From: Macrostomum lignano
Lineage: Eukaryota
NCBI GenBank assembly: GCA_002269645.1
Contig: NIVC01000687.1
Location: 62,001-126,000, forward strand
Reading direction: 5' to 3'
Length of the DNA stretch: 64,000 nt
Shown: positions 48,282-60,100 of the stretch, one piece after another
How positions within the stretch are numbered: position 1 is the first letter of the stretch
How the letters are laid out: every line of letters starts with the position of its first letter
The notes under the pieces: model-generated
What the model saw: the letters and a program-made list of their open reading frames with translations, nothing else
The model's database searches: none
What the model was told of the DNA's origin: nothing
Program-made: the position numbers and the translations under genes

Positions 48282-49559
48282 CCTAAAATTGCCAGAACCC
48301 AAAAAACCTCCATTCAAGCCATCGTGGCATTGACCATTTCCATTGTCATTGAAGGTCTGGAGAATTATTTGACTAATTTACTAAGAAAATTTAGGCCCTA
48401 ACTGAAAATATTTTCAAAGTCTTTATAAGCCAATAAGCACACTTATAAGCATTAAATACGACTTGATAAGCATAAGTAAACTTTTTCGTAGAATTCAAGT
48501 TTTAAATGTTTTGAAACAGTGTGAAAATATAATTAAAATCCTGTTACCCAACTATAGAAATTATAGAAAATTACTACAAGCGATATTTATTTTTTTGTTT
48601 TTTAAGCTTGGTTGCAGTATGAATATTTTTTTTATCAAAATATTAGTAATAATAAAATTTGTTTTAACTTGTTTTGTTGTCAGAATGGGAAGCTGGAGGC
48701 TCCGGTCTCTCTCTCATCATTTCACGCTTAGTAAATAAAAGTTGTGCTATCCGAAGTGAAAGCACGAGACTCGCCCCGGCGCAGACTATTTGCCCGCCGA
48801 GCTTCTTCTTGTTGAGCTTCCCATTCAGAAACAAGGCATACGCTTATATTTCTTGGCCCCCTCGGGCCTCCTCAAACAACATGGCTAGCATACATGATGT
48901 AGCTGGATGTCCTTGGATGTAGCTGGTTCGACTGTACATGTTCACGGGGAAATTGGATCACTGAGCCTAAATGACAGCTCTACACTTATACTGGTTTAAA
49001 CTTTAACAAACAAATTAACGCAATCAAAACACCCCCTTGCAACGCAAGTCTTAAGATCTACATATACCCAGATTAAACTGTTCGGGATATACTGTAGTAA
49101 ATTAAATTATATACCACATATACATATACATGTATCAAATGCATATATTCTTGTATGTTTTCATCTCTAAGACTATATATACATGTTAGGGGTACATCCC
49201 GGTGAGCTACTGTATAAGGTATTATATAATACGCATCCAATGTAAAAAGCATTGTCCAAGGACCATAGCTGACGTACAGCGGCCCCTTGCACTAATGATA
49301 TTCACCTAGCTTTCTTCTTCATATTTTAAACGTCATATTTAGATCCTATATATCATTATAGGACTGAACAGTACCATCCAATTAATTGAGCAAATTCGTA
49401 TGTGCTCAGCTCAACGCATAATAGCAACAGAATAGCACAGCAGAAGCTAGTCTACAGCTTTCAGTGAGTACGAGTTTACAAGTTCTTTGAGTTGGTTTCA
49501 TGATCTTACTATATCTGAACGGATGCAGGCTGCAGGTGGATTTAGCAAAATACGCGCTG

Positions 49560-50230
49560 CAGTCGATCCTGATTGTTGTCTTATTAGATTTTAAGAAATT
49601 CGACTCAGTCGCGTCAGATCCATGCTAATAAAGGTGCACCTCAATCACAATGGTGCTATAGCAGCCTGTGTCCGCCATCATGGCAATGCACACCGTGATA
49701 CCGTGATACGAAAGCTGCAGTCGCAAGAACGGACGTCCTATCGAACTTTGAGAGGCATCCCTTAGAATGCTCCAGCGAGATACGCTCGCACCGTTCCTGT
49801 TCGTTCTAGTGCTTGACTGGGTGCTGCGGATTGTTCTTCTTACCAACGATGACGGCTTTCTTCAGGGTGCTATCATCCGCATCGTCAGCAGTTCGTCTCT
49901 CTCGATGGTCTGGTTCCCGAGGGCGGCGTTTTATTCTAGGCGGTGGTTGAGACCGTCCTGCTGTTACAACGCTGAGATCTGGACCCTGATGGACTCGCTC
50001 AAGCAAGTAGTAGATGCGGGGCACGCTGGCCTGCCGCGTTCCACCTTCAAGATCGGTGACAACTGAGTTTCCAAAGCGGCACTTTATCACCGCCTCGGTC
50101 TGGTCCGTGGCCACATCGTCCGCGCCGAGTCGTACTGCGCACAGCCGGTGCAGGAGGCACCGCTGGTGACGCTGCAAGCACCCTACAGACAGACACTCGG
50201 CGCTTCCTCGACTGCCTGTTGGCTGAATTC
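49560..50230 (+). mobile_element. Degenerate, internally deleted RTE-like non-LTR retrotransposon fragment
   Basis: RT motifs LDFKKFDS and LQRDTLAPFLFVLVLDWVLR joined directly to a C-terminal region (YNAEIWTL...AGHAGL) homologous to 51874-52400. Confidence 0.8.
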
Positions 50231-51796
50231 GTTCGGCCTAAAGGCGCACCAGCTGAAACCCTGCTTTCTAAAGACCCTGGCAGCGTACGCTGGATAGCTG
50301 CGCGCGGCCTTCGCGATCAATCTAGTACTCTATCATCTTGGTCTGTCTAAATTGACCTGAATTGCAACCGTCGGTGACTCCCCCCAGCTAACTGAAGCAA
50401 CAGGCTTTCTACTACTTGTCCTCGAGCGAGAATCGTCTTGAGAAATTTGATTTTTCTTTAGAGCGTTCTGTAGAGGATACTAAATGCACTGGCGGTACGA
50501 AAAATTAATTACGTTCCTCCTGCTCATTTCTTAGCGTCTTTCTACTTTAGGTGTTCGTGGTACTATTAAGACCATATTTGACAGCGCATTTTGTCAGATA
50601 TGGGCAGATGAGGCCGATCTGAGTTTACTCTGACAGTGACAGTAGCAATAATACTTTTGCAGCAATACTTCTACAGTAATATTTCTAGTTTTGTACTTTT
50701 TTCTACAGAAATTCTACTGTAATTCTACTGTAAAAATCCAAAAGCATCGATTTTATGAATTCCCCATATAGGTTACCAAGGTAGACAAATTTGGGGTATT
50801 GACTAACCAAGGCCAGAAACTTTCTGAAGCGGAAAGCAACCTTTGTTTTGGTCTCTTTCCACCATTCAAACAAATTAGAAAAAGTTTTCTAGCTTTCAGA
50901 GCTTAGAAAATTTAAGTAATCCAGAAAATTTTGTTTAGAAGATGCGAAAGTATTTGAGGAACTGATTTTGACTTTTTAAGTGCTTCTGGCAGAACTGCAT
51001 GGCGACTACGGGACAAAAAACGACTCTCGATTATTTAATCATTATAAAGCTTCAGTAGCAGTAGTATAGCATTGATTTAAAGTTTAGGATTTCCGAGTAT
51101 ATTAATATATGCATCTTATACATTTAGACGTCTCTTTCTATTGAAAGCTTTCCAGACTTTTTCTGGTTTACAGCGGCTTTTCCTGCAGCCAGCACGAGTT
51201 TGTTGCTTTTTGTTTTATTGAAATGGTTCTTTTTGCTTTCTAAAGAGAAAACGTTTTTCGCCGCGCTTTTAAAAAATCGAATCAGGCAATTTCCATACCG
51301 CATCATGTATTTCTTTTACTTGTCAGTTTAAAAGTAATTCTTTCAGAATTAAGAGACTTTGTCGGAGTTGGCTTGGGAATGAATGAATTTTTTTTCCAAA
51401 CAGCTCGACAAACAGTTTTCGCAAACAAATCAAAACAAAAGCGGGGTGTTAAAAAAATTGCAACTCCAAGGTAACAAAATTGTTATAAAAAAAAAGATTT
51501 TTACACAATAAACACACACAGCTGTAGTGTGTGCAAATCTGTTGAGCAAAAAAAGAATTTTAAGAGTCATATAGTGTTTTTTAGTTCTCTTGCTCAGCTT
51601 TTTCTGCTATTGTATATTCTTTTCTGTTTCAGCACAACAACTGTAGAAAAACACACGTGACCTTTCAGGGACCCGCCAATTCATTCAATTCATGCAGGTA
51701 TTGTCTGATTTTTCTCCTGGATTTTTTCATTTAGTGCCGCTGTTTAGGGGCGTATTGAATATCGAATCGTGCTCATGCATCCCTCGCGCGATCTCC

Positions 51797-51798
51797 AT

Positions 51799-51839
<41 letters not shown>

Positions 51840-52410
51840 AAAAGCAACAACAATACGCAGTTAGCGTCACAGCTCACAGGGCGCGCCTCAAGGCCAGGTC
51901 GCGAATGAACGCCACGCCGCCGGCCGAATCTGGGTCGCCGGCGTCAGCCAGCAGGCAGTCGACGAAACGCCGAGTGCACGCCTGCCCCTGCCGGTAGGGG
52001 GCCTGCAGCGTTAGCAGCAGCACCTCCTGCACCGGCTCTGGGCAGTACGACTGGGCGCGGATGATCTGGACTGCCAGCTGGAGTGGCCGACGGCGCAACA
52101 GGTCGCTTGGACGGATCAGACCGGCGCGGCGATACAAAGCCGCGTTTGTCACTCGCTCGTAGCCGATCTTGAAGGCGGTTTGAAGCAGGCCAGCGTGCAC
52201 CGCGTCAACTTGTTGCTCCAGCGACTCCGTCAGCGTTTAGATCCCGGCATTGTACAGCAGGACGGTCTCGATCACCGCCTGGAACAACGCCGCCCTCTGG
52301 CGATCAGGTAAGGCCTCGGACTGCAGGACTGCCCTTACAGAACGAAAGGCAGCCCAGGAAAGCCCGCGGCGACGCCGCAAATCCTCGCGGACGCCGGAAA
52401 CCAGAGCCTC
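51797..52410 (-). mobile_element. 3' end of an RTE-like LINE with a (TTG)n tail
   Basis: EDLRRRRGLSWAAF...LFQAVIETVLLYNAG...TNAALYRRAGL...RDLALRRAL* followed by TTG repeats. Confidence 0.85.
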
Positions 52411-53322
52411 AGGATCTCCATGCGGCTACGTCAAGCAAAAGAAAAATGTTTGACAGAGATAGTAGGTCATAAAATGTCTCTGGTAAATACTGTTGCTTCA
52501 CAATTACAAAAAACCCGAACTTATCCCTCGAATTTTGCATGCCTTGTACACCTCAAACTTATACCTGTTTTTGTGGACTCCAGTCCGCTCGTTCATTCCT
52601 CAGTCCAACAGTATAAATAGGGACAGTACTTAGCTAGCTACTCATTAATTCAAGTAACAGATGAAATTGAAGGGACTCTATAAAAGAGCATAGCTAAGTC
52701 TGGGGTGATACATGTACATGTATCTCAGAGTATGCAGTTGATATCGTGCAGGGTTAAATCTCTTTTTTAGCTGAGCTTTCTGCATTTTCACTGATTTTGT
52801 TTCACTCAAAGTCTAAATTAACACATTCATATATCACATTATTGTTTCATGAGAGCCAGCAGTCAAAGATTAAAATAGTTGTACATATACCGACATTCTG
52901 TATTTGTGCATACCAATGTAGTGTGTAATGCCGCAACCGAAACTACAAGTAATTAAAGGATTTTTAATTGATTTCCGAAACACGTTCGCTAGTTTGGCGT
53001 ACTATTTCTATCATGACCATGTTCACTGCTAGCTATACTTATTTAATTCGCTGCAGGTTTGTAATAAAATTAGCTCCGAAACCCTGTACGACACATTCAG
53101 ACACCATCGACAGTATTATGTTCTTTTTAGTCGGGACTTTACCTAATCTGGGAACTGCTAATTAACACACAGAAGAGTGAAAAAAAAAGCGTCAGGAGGG
53201 AGAAGGTAAAAAAGCGGTTACTGCACGTGAGGTTAGTCATTAAAACATCAATCGTTCCATCGACTCGATTCCTAGCCAAAATATAGGACATTCTAACCAA
53301 TCTGTCCAAAAAAATAAAAATT

Positions 53323-54387
53323 TTAGGAAAAGTAAAGTCCAATCTCCGTCAATTCGGACTCAGTAAGTGTATCATTGGCAATGGCATAGCATAGAAATCT
53401 GCCCTTCAGTGAGTACGACGGATTGCTGTTGTAGCCGAGACGCAGGCATAGAGGAGTACCCGATATTGTTGTTGAGCCACTATTGACGGCTTTCAGACTC
53501 CCAAGATGGTAGAAGTTTGTCACGGTGCTGCCATTGAAAATCACTCCAACAGAAGCTACTTGGTTAATGCTCGTGAAGTACAGAACGGTACCGGAATTAT
53601 TAGCAATAACGGAGCCGGAAAGAGGGTGTACCACATTGATTTTACCATCATCGTCGAAGAACTCGCCTCTGTTGACGGTGCTCGAGCAGTCGTAGAAGTA
53701 GTGATACGTTTGGTGGCTGCCTTCTCGATATGTTCGAGAGTAAATTGTGAACTTCTTTGACTCAGCAAGGTAAGTCGAGGCCAGAGTGTTCCCGTCGGTG
53801 TCCACCTCGATGAAGTCTTGATCGCTGTTTCCAGGAAAATGGACACCATCAGAATCTTGAGTCAAAGATCCGCGAGGAGTAGCCATGTACTTTGACGGGT
53901 TTATGAGGTTAAAGTAGCTCTTTCGGAAGTCAAAGAAGATTACCAGCTTAGACAGGATGCTATCAGAGAGACTTGGTGGCGGTGGTGCTGTTGATTGAGT
54001 GGTAGTTGTCATGGAGTTTTGAGTCGTTGGAGCAGTTGTCGTGGAGCTCATATCTTTTGACTCGTTCCAAACCTTGATGTAGCTTTCGCACTGTTCAGTT
54101 CCAGATGTGTTCGTCGAGGAAAAAAGCGTAGAAAGCTGCTCAGAGTCTCCAAAGTAGCAGAGTTTTGAGCTGCTTTGGAATATGACAGCGCAGGTGCTAC
54201 TGACGGCACATTTAAACACGCAAGTCTTCAAGTCGTGCGAGCCGTCCAGCTTGGAAAGTTGATCGAAACTTGAACTGGAGGGGCAAGTTTGCGTCTTAGA
54301 GAACTTCAGCTTTTGAGTTTCACAGCAGTTTGATGACTTAAAAATAGTCCAGAGCAGGACAATTAAGTAAATTTTCTTGCAGTCCAT
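53323..54387 (-). CDS. Intronless secreted protein: signal peptide, PAN/apple-like module, Thr/Pro linker, LamG/pentraxin-like (ConA-fold) domain (354 aa from MDCKK)
   Basis: Hydrophobic N-terminus IYLIVLLWTIF. CVFKC..TCAVIF..KLCYF motif and TTTAPTTQ linker. LVIFFDF, GVHFPG, FTIYSR and LGYN..SLKGRFLCYAIANDTLTESEL resemble the LamG/pentraxin pattern. Domain calls are motif-based only. Confidence 0.75.
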   Translation of the reverse strand: MDCKKIYLIVLLWTIFKSSNCCETQKLKFSKTQTCPSSSSFDQLSKLDGSHDLKTCVFKCAVSSTCAVIFQSSSKLCYFGDSEQLSTLFSSTNTSGTEQCESYIKVWNESKDMSSTTTAPTTQNSMTTTTQSTAPPPPSLSDSILSKLVIFFDFRKSYFNLINPSKYMATPRGSLTQDSDGVHFPGNSDQDFIEVDTDGNTLASTYLAESKKFTIYSRTYREGSHQTYHYFYDCSSTVNRGEFFDDDGKINVVHPLSGSVIANNSGTVLYFTSINQVASVGVIFNGSTVTNFYHLGSLKAVNSGSTTISGTPLCLRLGYNSNPSYSLKGRFLCYAIANDTLTESELTEIGLYFS

Positions 54388-54462
54388 TAGAAGCAGTGAA
54401 TGGAGCCCTGTCCGATTATGTGATCGCAACAAGGATCTGAGGCAGTGACCAAACTACAGTTC

Positions 54463-54469
54463 TTTTATA
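54463..54469 (-). promoter_or_regulatory. TATA box (TATAAAA) about 76 nt upstream of the PAN-LamG ATG
   Basis: Spacing to ATG is similar to the TATA-ATG spacing of the FReD-A genes. Confidence 0.55.
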
Positions 54470-55269
54470 AAGTCTGCTTTAGCTTTACGACCAATCAACA
54501 ATCAGCTGCTGAATGCAGCCGGGAGAAATCTTACAATTAAGCAGGCATGTATCAATTGAGGCAATATACCTTGATGTGCGTGTAGAATATAAACGGTACT
54601 TTAGCATATAGGCTTCCTAGCCTAAATATTAGCACTTAATTGACAACGGTAGACCGCTTATTGTCGCTGAAATAGTTCCAATTTATGCATAATTCGCACA
54701 CATACACCCATTGTCTTTAACTAAATCCTGATTCAATTTAAAAACTTAAGAGGGAGAAACCTGTCTGTACTGGAAAAAGGCAGGGACTCACGCTTAGCTG
54801 TTTTCCGATCTCATTAGTTTTATTACTATACATTCTCTGAATATTCTTTGTGTTGTTGGAGCTGTTTCTCTACTGTATTGCAGTGGGTAGCCATGGAAAC
54901 TGTTCCAAATCATTTTTTTATTGCTTTAGAAGCTTTTTTGAGATGCATTGGGACTCAATGCAAAAGACTCGTACCCGATCTGTGATCACATCTACGGCAT
55001 ATGGGAATTGATTCTAAATCGACGAAACTCTCCATATACATTATCTCGGTTGAGTACTAGATAGTCAGATTTATTAAGGTAATTCGTGTGTTTATTATAC
55101 TAATTGTGCTAATTTATGTAAAAATGGAGCAAGCTGCATTGAAAAGTAGCTATTGTAGAAAAAAATTTAGAGTGTTCTTGAATGGCGTACGCAGGCTTTT
55201 CATTTGGGAATCCGCAACTTTAAATGGATTTTTGGGAAAAGGAAAAGCCAATTTTTTGTGTCTTAGTTG

Positions 55270-55960
55270 GCGCCCCCGTCTCTTGGTGGGTGCCCCTGTC
55301 TCTTATGGTGGGCACCCCTGTGCTTTAGGGTGGGGGCCCCTGTATCTTATGGTGGCGCCCCTGTATCTTATGGTGGCGCCCCTGTATCTTATGGTGGGCG
55401 CCCCTGTATCTTATGGTGGCGCCCCTGTATCTTATGGTGGCGCCCCTGTATCTTATGGTGGGCGCCCCTGTATCTTATGGTGGCGCCCCTGTATCTTATG
55501 GTGGCGCCCCTGTATCTTATGGTGGGCGCCCCTGTCTCTTATGGTGGCGCCCCTGTATCTTATGGTGGCGCCCCTGTATCTTATGGTGGCGCCCCTGTAT
55601 CTTATGGTGGGCGCCCCTGTCTCCTTTGGTGGGCGCCCCTGTCTCTTATGTGGGCGCCCCTGTCTCTTATGGTGGGCGCCCCTGTCTTTTATGGTGGGCA
55701 CCCTTGTCTCTTATGGTGGGCACCCTTGTCTCTTATGGTGGGCGCCCCTGTCTCTTATGGTGGGCCCCCCTGTCTTTTGGTGGACGTCCCTGTCTCTTAT
55801 TATGGGCCCCCTGTCTCTTGATGGTCGCCCCTGTCTCTTATGGTGGCCCTTCCCCCTGTCTTTTGGTGGGCGCCCCTGTCTTTTGATGGGTGCCCCTGTC
55901 TCTTATGGTGGGCCCCCCTATCTCTTATGGTGCCCCCCCTGTCTCTTATGGTGGGCGCCC
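55270..55960. repeat. 21/22-bp minisatellite (GGCGCCCCTGTATCTTATGGT)n, degenerating towards the edges
   Basis: Tandem periodicity. Confidence 0.93.
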
Positions 55961-56711
55961 CTACTGTCTCTTAAGCGGAAGCCGGTGGATGCCTTATTCA
56001 GGAGGGGACAAACGTTGAGTACCTGCCATTCTTCAAGTAAGATACATATTGCAGAGGCGGTAGGTAGGTCACGTATTTTTCCAGGGTTCAATTTGGCCCC
56101 TACTAGCCGTGTAGTTTGCTTTGTTCTCAATTGATTCACTAATCATTCGAATGTAACTTTATGAACGTGCTATTAAATATGCATTTTCGTGACAACTGAA
56201 ACAATACCAAAATTTGTTTTGATTTATTAATAGCGTACGAATAAGTCAGTCTGCGTTTAAAGTTCAAAGCTCTTCTAGTTAAGGGGTTTTAGAGGGTTTT
56301 TTAAGTTGCAACGATTCCTATTCTTCTGCGAGGAGTCTACGTGTAGATAAAAATCACATAAAAAAATTCAAAAGAAGCGATGCCGATTCTGATTCTCGTC
56401 AACCAACTTTAATTTTAATTTCAAACGTTTTACATTTACTATGTTTTACTTAGAGCGCTTTTCAAGCATTGATAATCTGGGGGGGGGGGGTAAATAGTGC
56501 TAATCTGAGGAGCGTTGCTAATCTGAGCAGCGGTGCTAATCTTGGAAAAGTGTTGTTAAGGTGAGTGGTGCTGAGTTTGTTTTTGCAAAAATGAGAAAAA
56601 GTAATTTTTGATTAATGGGAATGGTAATTATGGTTACCATTGGACCAAAATAAAAACCACTTGGTGTCATTTCTCAGGCCCCTCAGCGGGGGGGGGGCTA
56701 ATGGCTAGTCC

Positions 56712-57100
56712 TTCTAAATATACTAAATCTCTAATATTTGTTTGTTTGTATGCTTGTCCATAACGCTCTAGAGACTGCAATCTAAATATACTAAATCTCT
56801 AATCTTAATACTAAATCTTAATACTAAAGTTGGTGCGATGTTTGTCTGTCTGTATGTTGCAATTTTTCTCCAAGACTACTTGCAACTCAGCGTTGAAACT
56901 TATATGGGTAAATCTTAATACTAAAGTTGGTGCGATGTTTGTCTGTCTGTATGTTGCAATTTTTCTCCAAGACTACTTGCAACTTCTTAATACTAAATCT
57001 AAATACTAAAGTTGGTGCGATGTTTGTCTGTCTGTATGTTGCAATTTTTCTCCTAGACTACTTGCAACTCATCTATCTATCTCGTCTATCTATCTATCTA
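56712..57100 (+). mobile_element. Stack of short Helitron-like 5' ends
   Basis: Repeated TC(T/TA)..ATACTAAAGTTGGTGCGATGTTTGTCTGTCTGTATG segments at about 56818, 56913 and 56998, preceded by a GC hairpin followed by GCTAGT at about 56680-56709. Confidence 0.65.
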
Positions 57101-60100
57101 TCTATATATACTAAAGTTGACGCGTTGTTTGTCTGTCTGTATGTCAGTTCGATAACTCCTCCTAGAATACTTGCAACTCAGCGTTGAAACTTATATGGGA
57201 AAACTGCAAATTTTCCGAGGATGGCTTTAGGCTATTTTAATCTTTCATTTTCAATTTTTAAGATCCCTAAAAAAGCAGAAAACGGCGGTCTTGACCTTTG
57301 ATAATCTTAATTGTCCCCTCTTTCTGCTCGGAGCTGAAAATTGGCATAAATTTTGAGTGATTACGCCACAACTTTTTCCTATGTCGCCAGTGCATTTTCT
57401 CTCCTGTGGGGGAATGGGCGCGTTCTCATTGGCGGCGTGTGTACAATTGGACCCTGGCTCACTGGCTGACTTTATAGATAATTGCGCAATGATATGGCTA
57501 CTGATAAGTTTTCCTGCCTATCAATGGGCAGTCCTGTGTATTTGTTGGACATTGAAATTCAATGCATCAACTTGCAAGCAGGCAGTGAACGTACACTCGA
57601 TACTTCAATGCTATAAATCAGACAGTTTCAAACGCTAACTGTTCCTCGAGTTTTAAACTTTGAGAGGAGAAACTTATATTGCTGGCAAGATCTTGCAACG
57701 CTGAGTTCGGGGATATAAGTTGTTTGCTTTAACTATGAAAAGAAAAAGCACAGCATTTGGAAAACTATTTCCATACTTTTAACTTTTTGCAAATATTGTA
57801 CTCAGTTTTGCAAGACGTAATAGATAAAGTTGGGGGGAGGGTTCAACTTCTCACTACAGCTGTGGATTGGAGGGTTGATTTAGATTGCGCAATCTTTTGT
57901 TAACTTTACCTGAGGCTGATACTGACTGACTGTGAAATCGGTTGCGCAATGAATTGATTCAATTAGTTCAATATTTTTATCTGTGCCTTTTAACACGAAG
58001 CTGTGCGTAGTTCTAACCCTAACCCTAACCCTAACCCTAATGAATCTGGCGAGTTGAGTTGTTTGACGGAAAAAATTCGATTAAGTCAAGTTTAGCGGAG
58101 ACGATTTCAATGTTTAAATTCTGACGGAGAAGATTTCTGTTTCGTGGAGAGGATTTCGATGATGTTCAGTTTCACGAAAGGATTTCCATGGTGTTCAGTT
58201 TCACGGAGAGGATTTCGATCATGTTCAGCTTCACGGAGAGGCTTTCTGTTTCGCTGAGATAATTTATGATTGATTTCTGTTTTATGGAAACAATTTTGAT
58301 GGATTCAGGTTTCAAGGAGAGGATTTCGAAGGAGTCCAGTTTCACTGAGAGGATTTCGATGGTTTTTAGTTGCACAGACAGGATTTTTGCTTCGCGGAGA
58401 GGATTTTGATGGATTTGGCATCTTCAATCAGTCAGAGAAGAGAGTAAAGAGAAGACTGAAAAGAGAAGAGAGAAGAGATGATAGAAAACAGAGTAAAATT
58501 GAGTGGAGAGATTAGACATGACAGATTGGAGATGATAGGAGAGAGAATAGATGAGGGATAAGAGCGTACAGAGGCAATAGAAGAGAGGGGAGAGTAGAGG
58601 AGAAAGAAAGAGTGAGATGAGGAGATGAGGAGATGAGGGATGAGAGAGGAGGGGAGAGAGGAGACAGGAGAGAGTACAGACGAAAGACTAGGGAGAAGAT
58701 ATAAATAAGGTAGTAAAGATGAGAGGAGAGAGAGGAGAGAGAAGCGAAAGGAGAAGAGAGTGAGGAGAGAGGAGAGAGATGAAAGGAGCAAGGAAAGGAG
58801 AAAAGAGAGAATGGAGAGAATAGAAAAGAGAGAAGAGAAGAGACAGGGGATAGTGAAAAGGAGGAAGAAAGATGGGAGACAAGAAAGTAGTGTCAGAGCG
58901 TATATGAAATATGAGAAATGAGAGCAGAGAGAAGAGAAAAGAGAAGAGAGAGAGAGGGTTAAGAGAGACGATAGATAAGTGAGTAGAGATGACATATGAG
59001 AGAGGAGAGAAGAGGGAGAGATAAGAGTGAAGAGAGGAGACAGAAGACAGGAGAAGGTACAGACGAAAGACGAGGGAGAAGAGATAAATAAGGGAACAGG
59101 GGTAGAGATGAGATGAAAGAGAGGAGAGAGGAGATATGAGAGACTTGAGAGTCTTTGAGCTATGGTCTTTGAAAGATTTTGTAAAGAATTTGGAGACGAT
59201 TTGGAAGATAGGGTTAAAGACATGGAATTTCAGTTGATGGATATTTCAGGGAATAGAATTCCGGTGATGGGAGTTCTTCCCCTTTCTCCTCCGAAGGAGG
59301 AGTTCCACTCGTATATACTAAAGTTGACGCGTTGTTTGTCTGTCTGTATGTCAGTTCGATAACTCCTCCTAGAATACTTGCAACTCAGCGTTGAAACTTA
59401 TATGGGAAAACTGCAAATTTTCCGAGGATGGCTTTAGGCTATTTTAATCTTTCATTTTCAATTTTTAAGATCCCTAAAAAAGCAGAAAACGGCGGTCTTG
59501 ACCTTTGATAATCTTAATTGTCCCCTCTTTCTGCTCGGAGCTGAAAATTGGCATAAATTTTGAGTGATTACGCCACAACTTTTTCCTATGTCGCCAGTGC
59601 ATTTTCTCTCCTGTGGGGGAATGGGCGCGTTCTCATTGGCGGCGTGTGTACAATTGGACCCTGGCTCACTGGCTGACTTTATAGATAATTGCGCAATGAT
59701 ATGGCTACTGATAAGTTTTCCTGCCTATCAATGGCAGTCCTGTGTATTTGTTGGACATTGAAATTCAATGCATCAACTTGCAAGCAGGCAGTGAACGTAC
59801 ACTCGATACTTCAATGCTATAAATCAGACAGTTTCAAACGCTAACTGTTCCTCGAGTTTTAAACTTTGAGAGGAGAAACTTATATTGCTGGCAAGATCTT
59901 GCAACGCTGAGTTCGGGGATATAAGTTGTTTGCTTTAACTATGAAAAGAAAAAGCACAGCATTTGGAAAACTATTTCCATACTTTTAACTTTTTGCAAAT
60001 ATTGTACTCAGTTTTGCAAGACGTAATAGATAAAGTTGGGGGGAGGGTTCAACTTCTCACTACAGCTGTGGATTGGAGGGTTGATTTAGATTGCGCAATC

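Noticed and set aside
54388-54432. 15-aa N-terminal extension in the ORF track
   Set aside because: It starts at a non-ATG codon. The ATG at 54387 gives a proper signal peptide and TATA spacing.
55270-55960. Common origin with the 25-bp satellite through shared GGCGCC
   Set aside because: Similarity is limited to the hexamer.
58015-58040. Telomere or chromosome-fusion site from (CCCTAA)n (also 60220, 62420)
   Set aside because: Only 3-5 units, at a fixed internal position of a repeated element.
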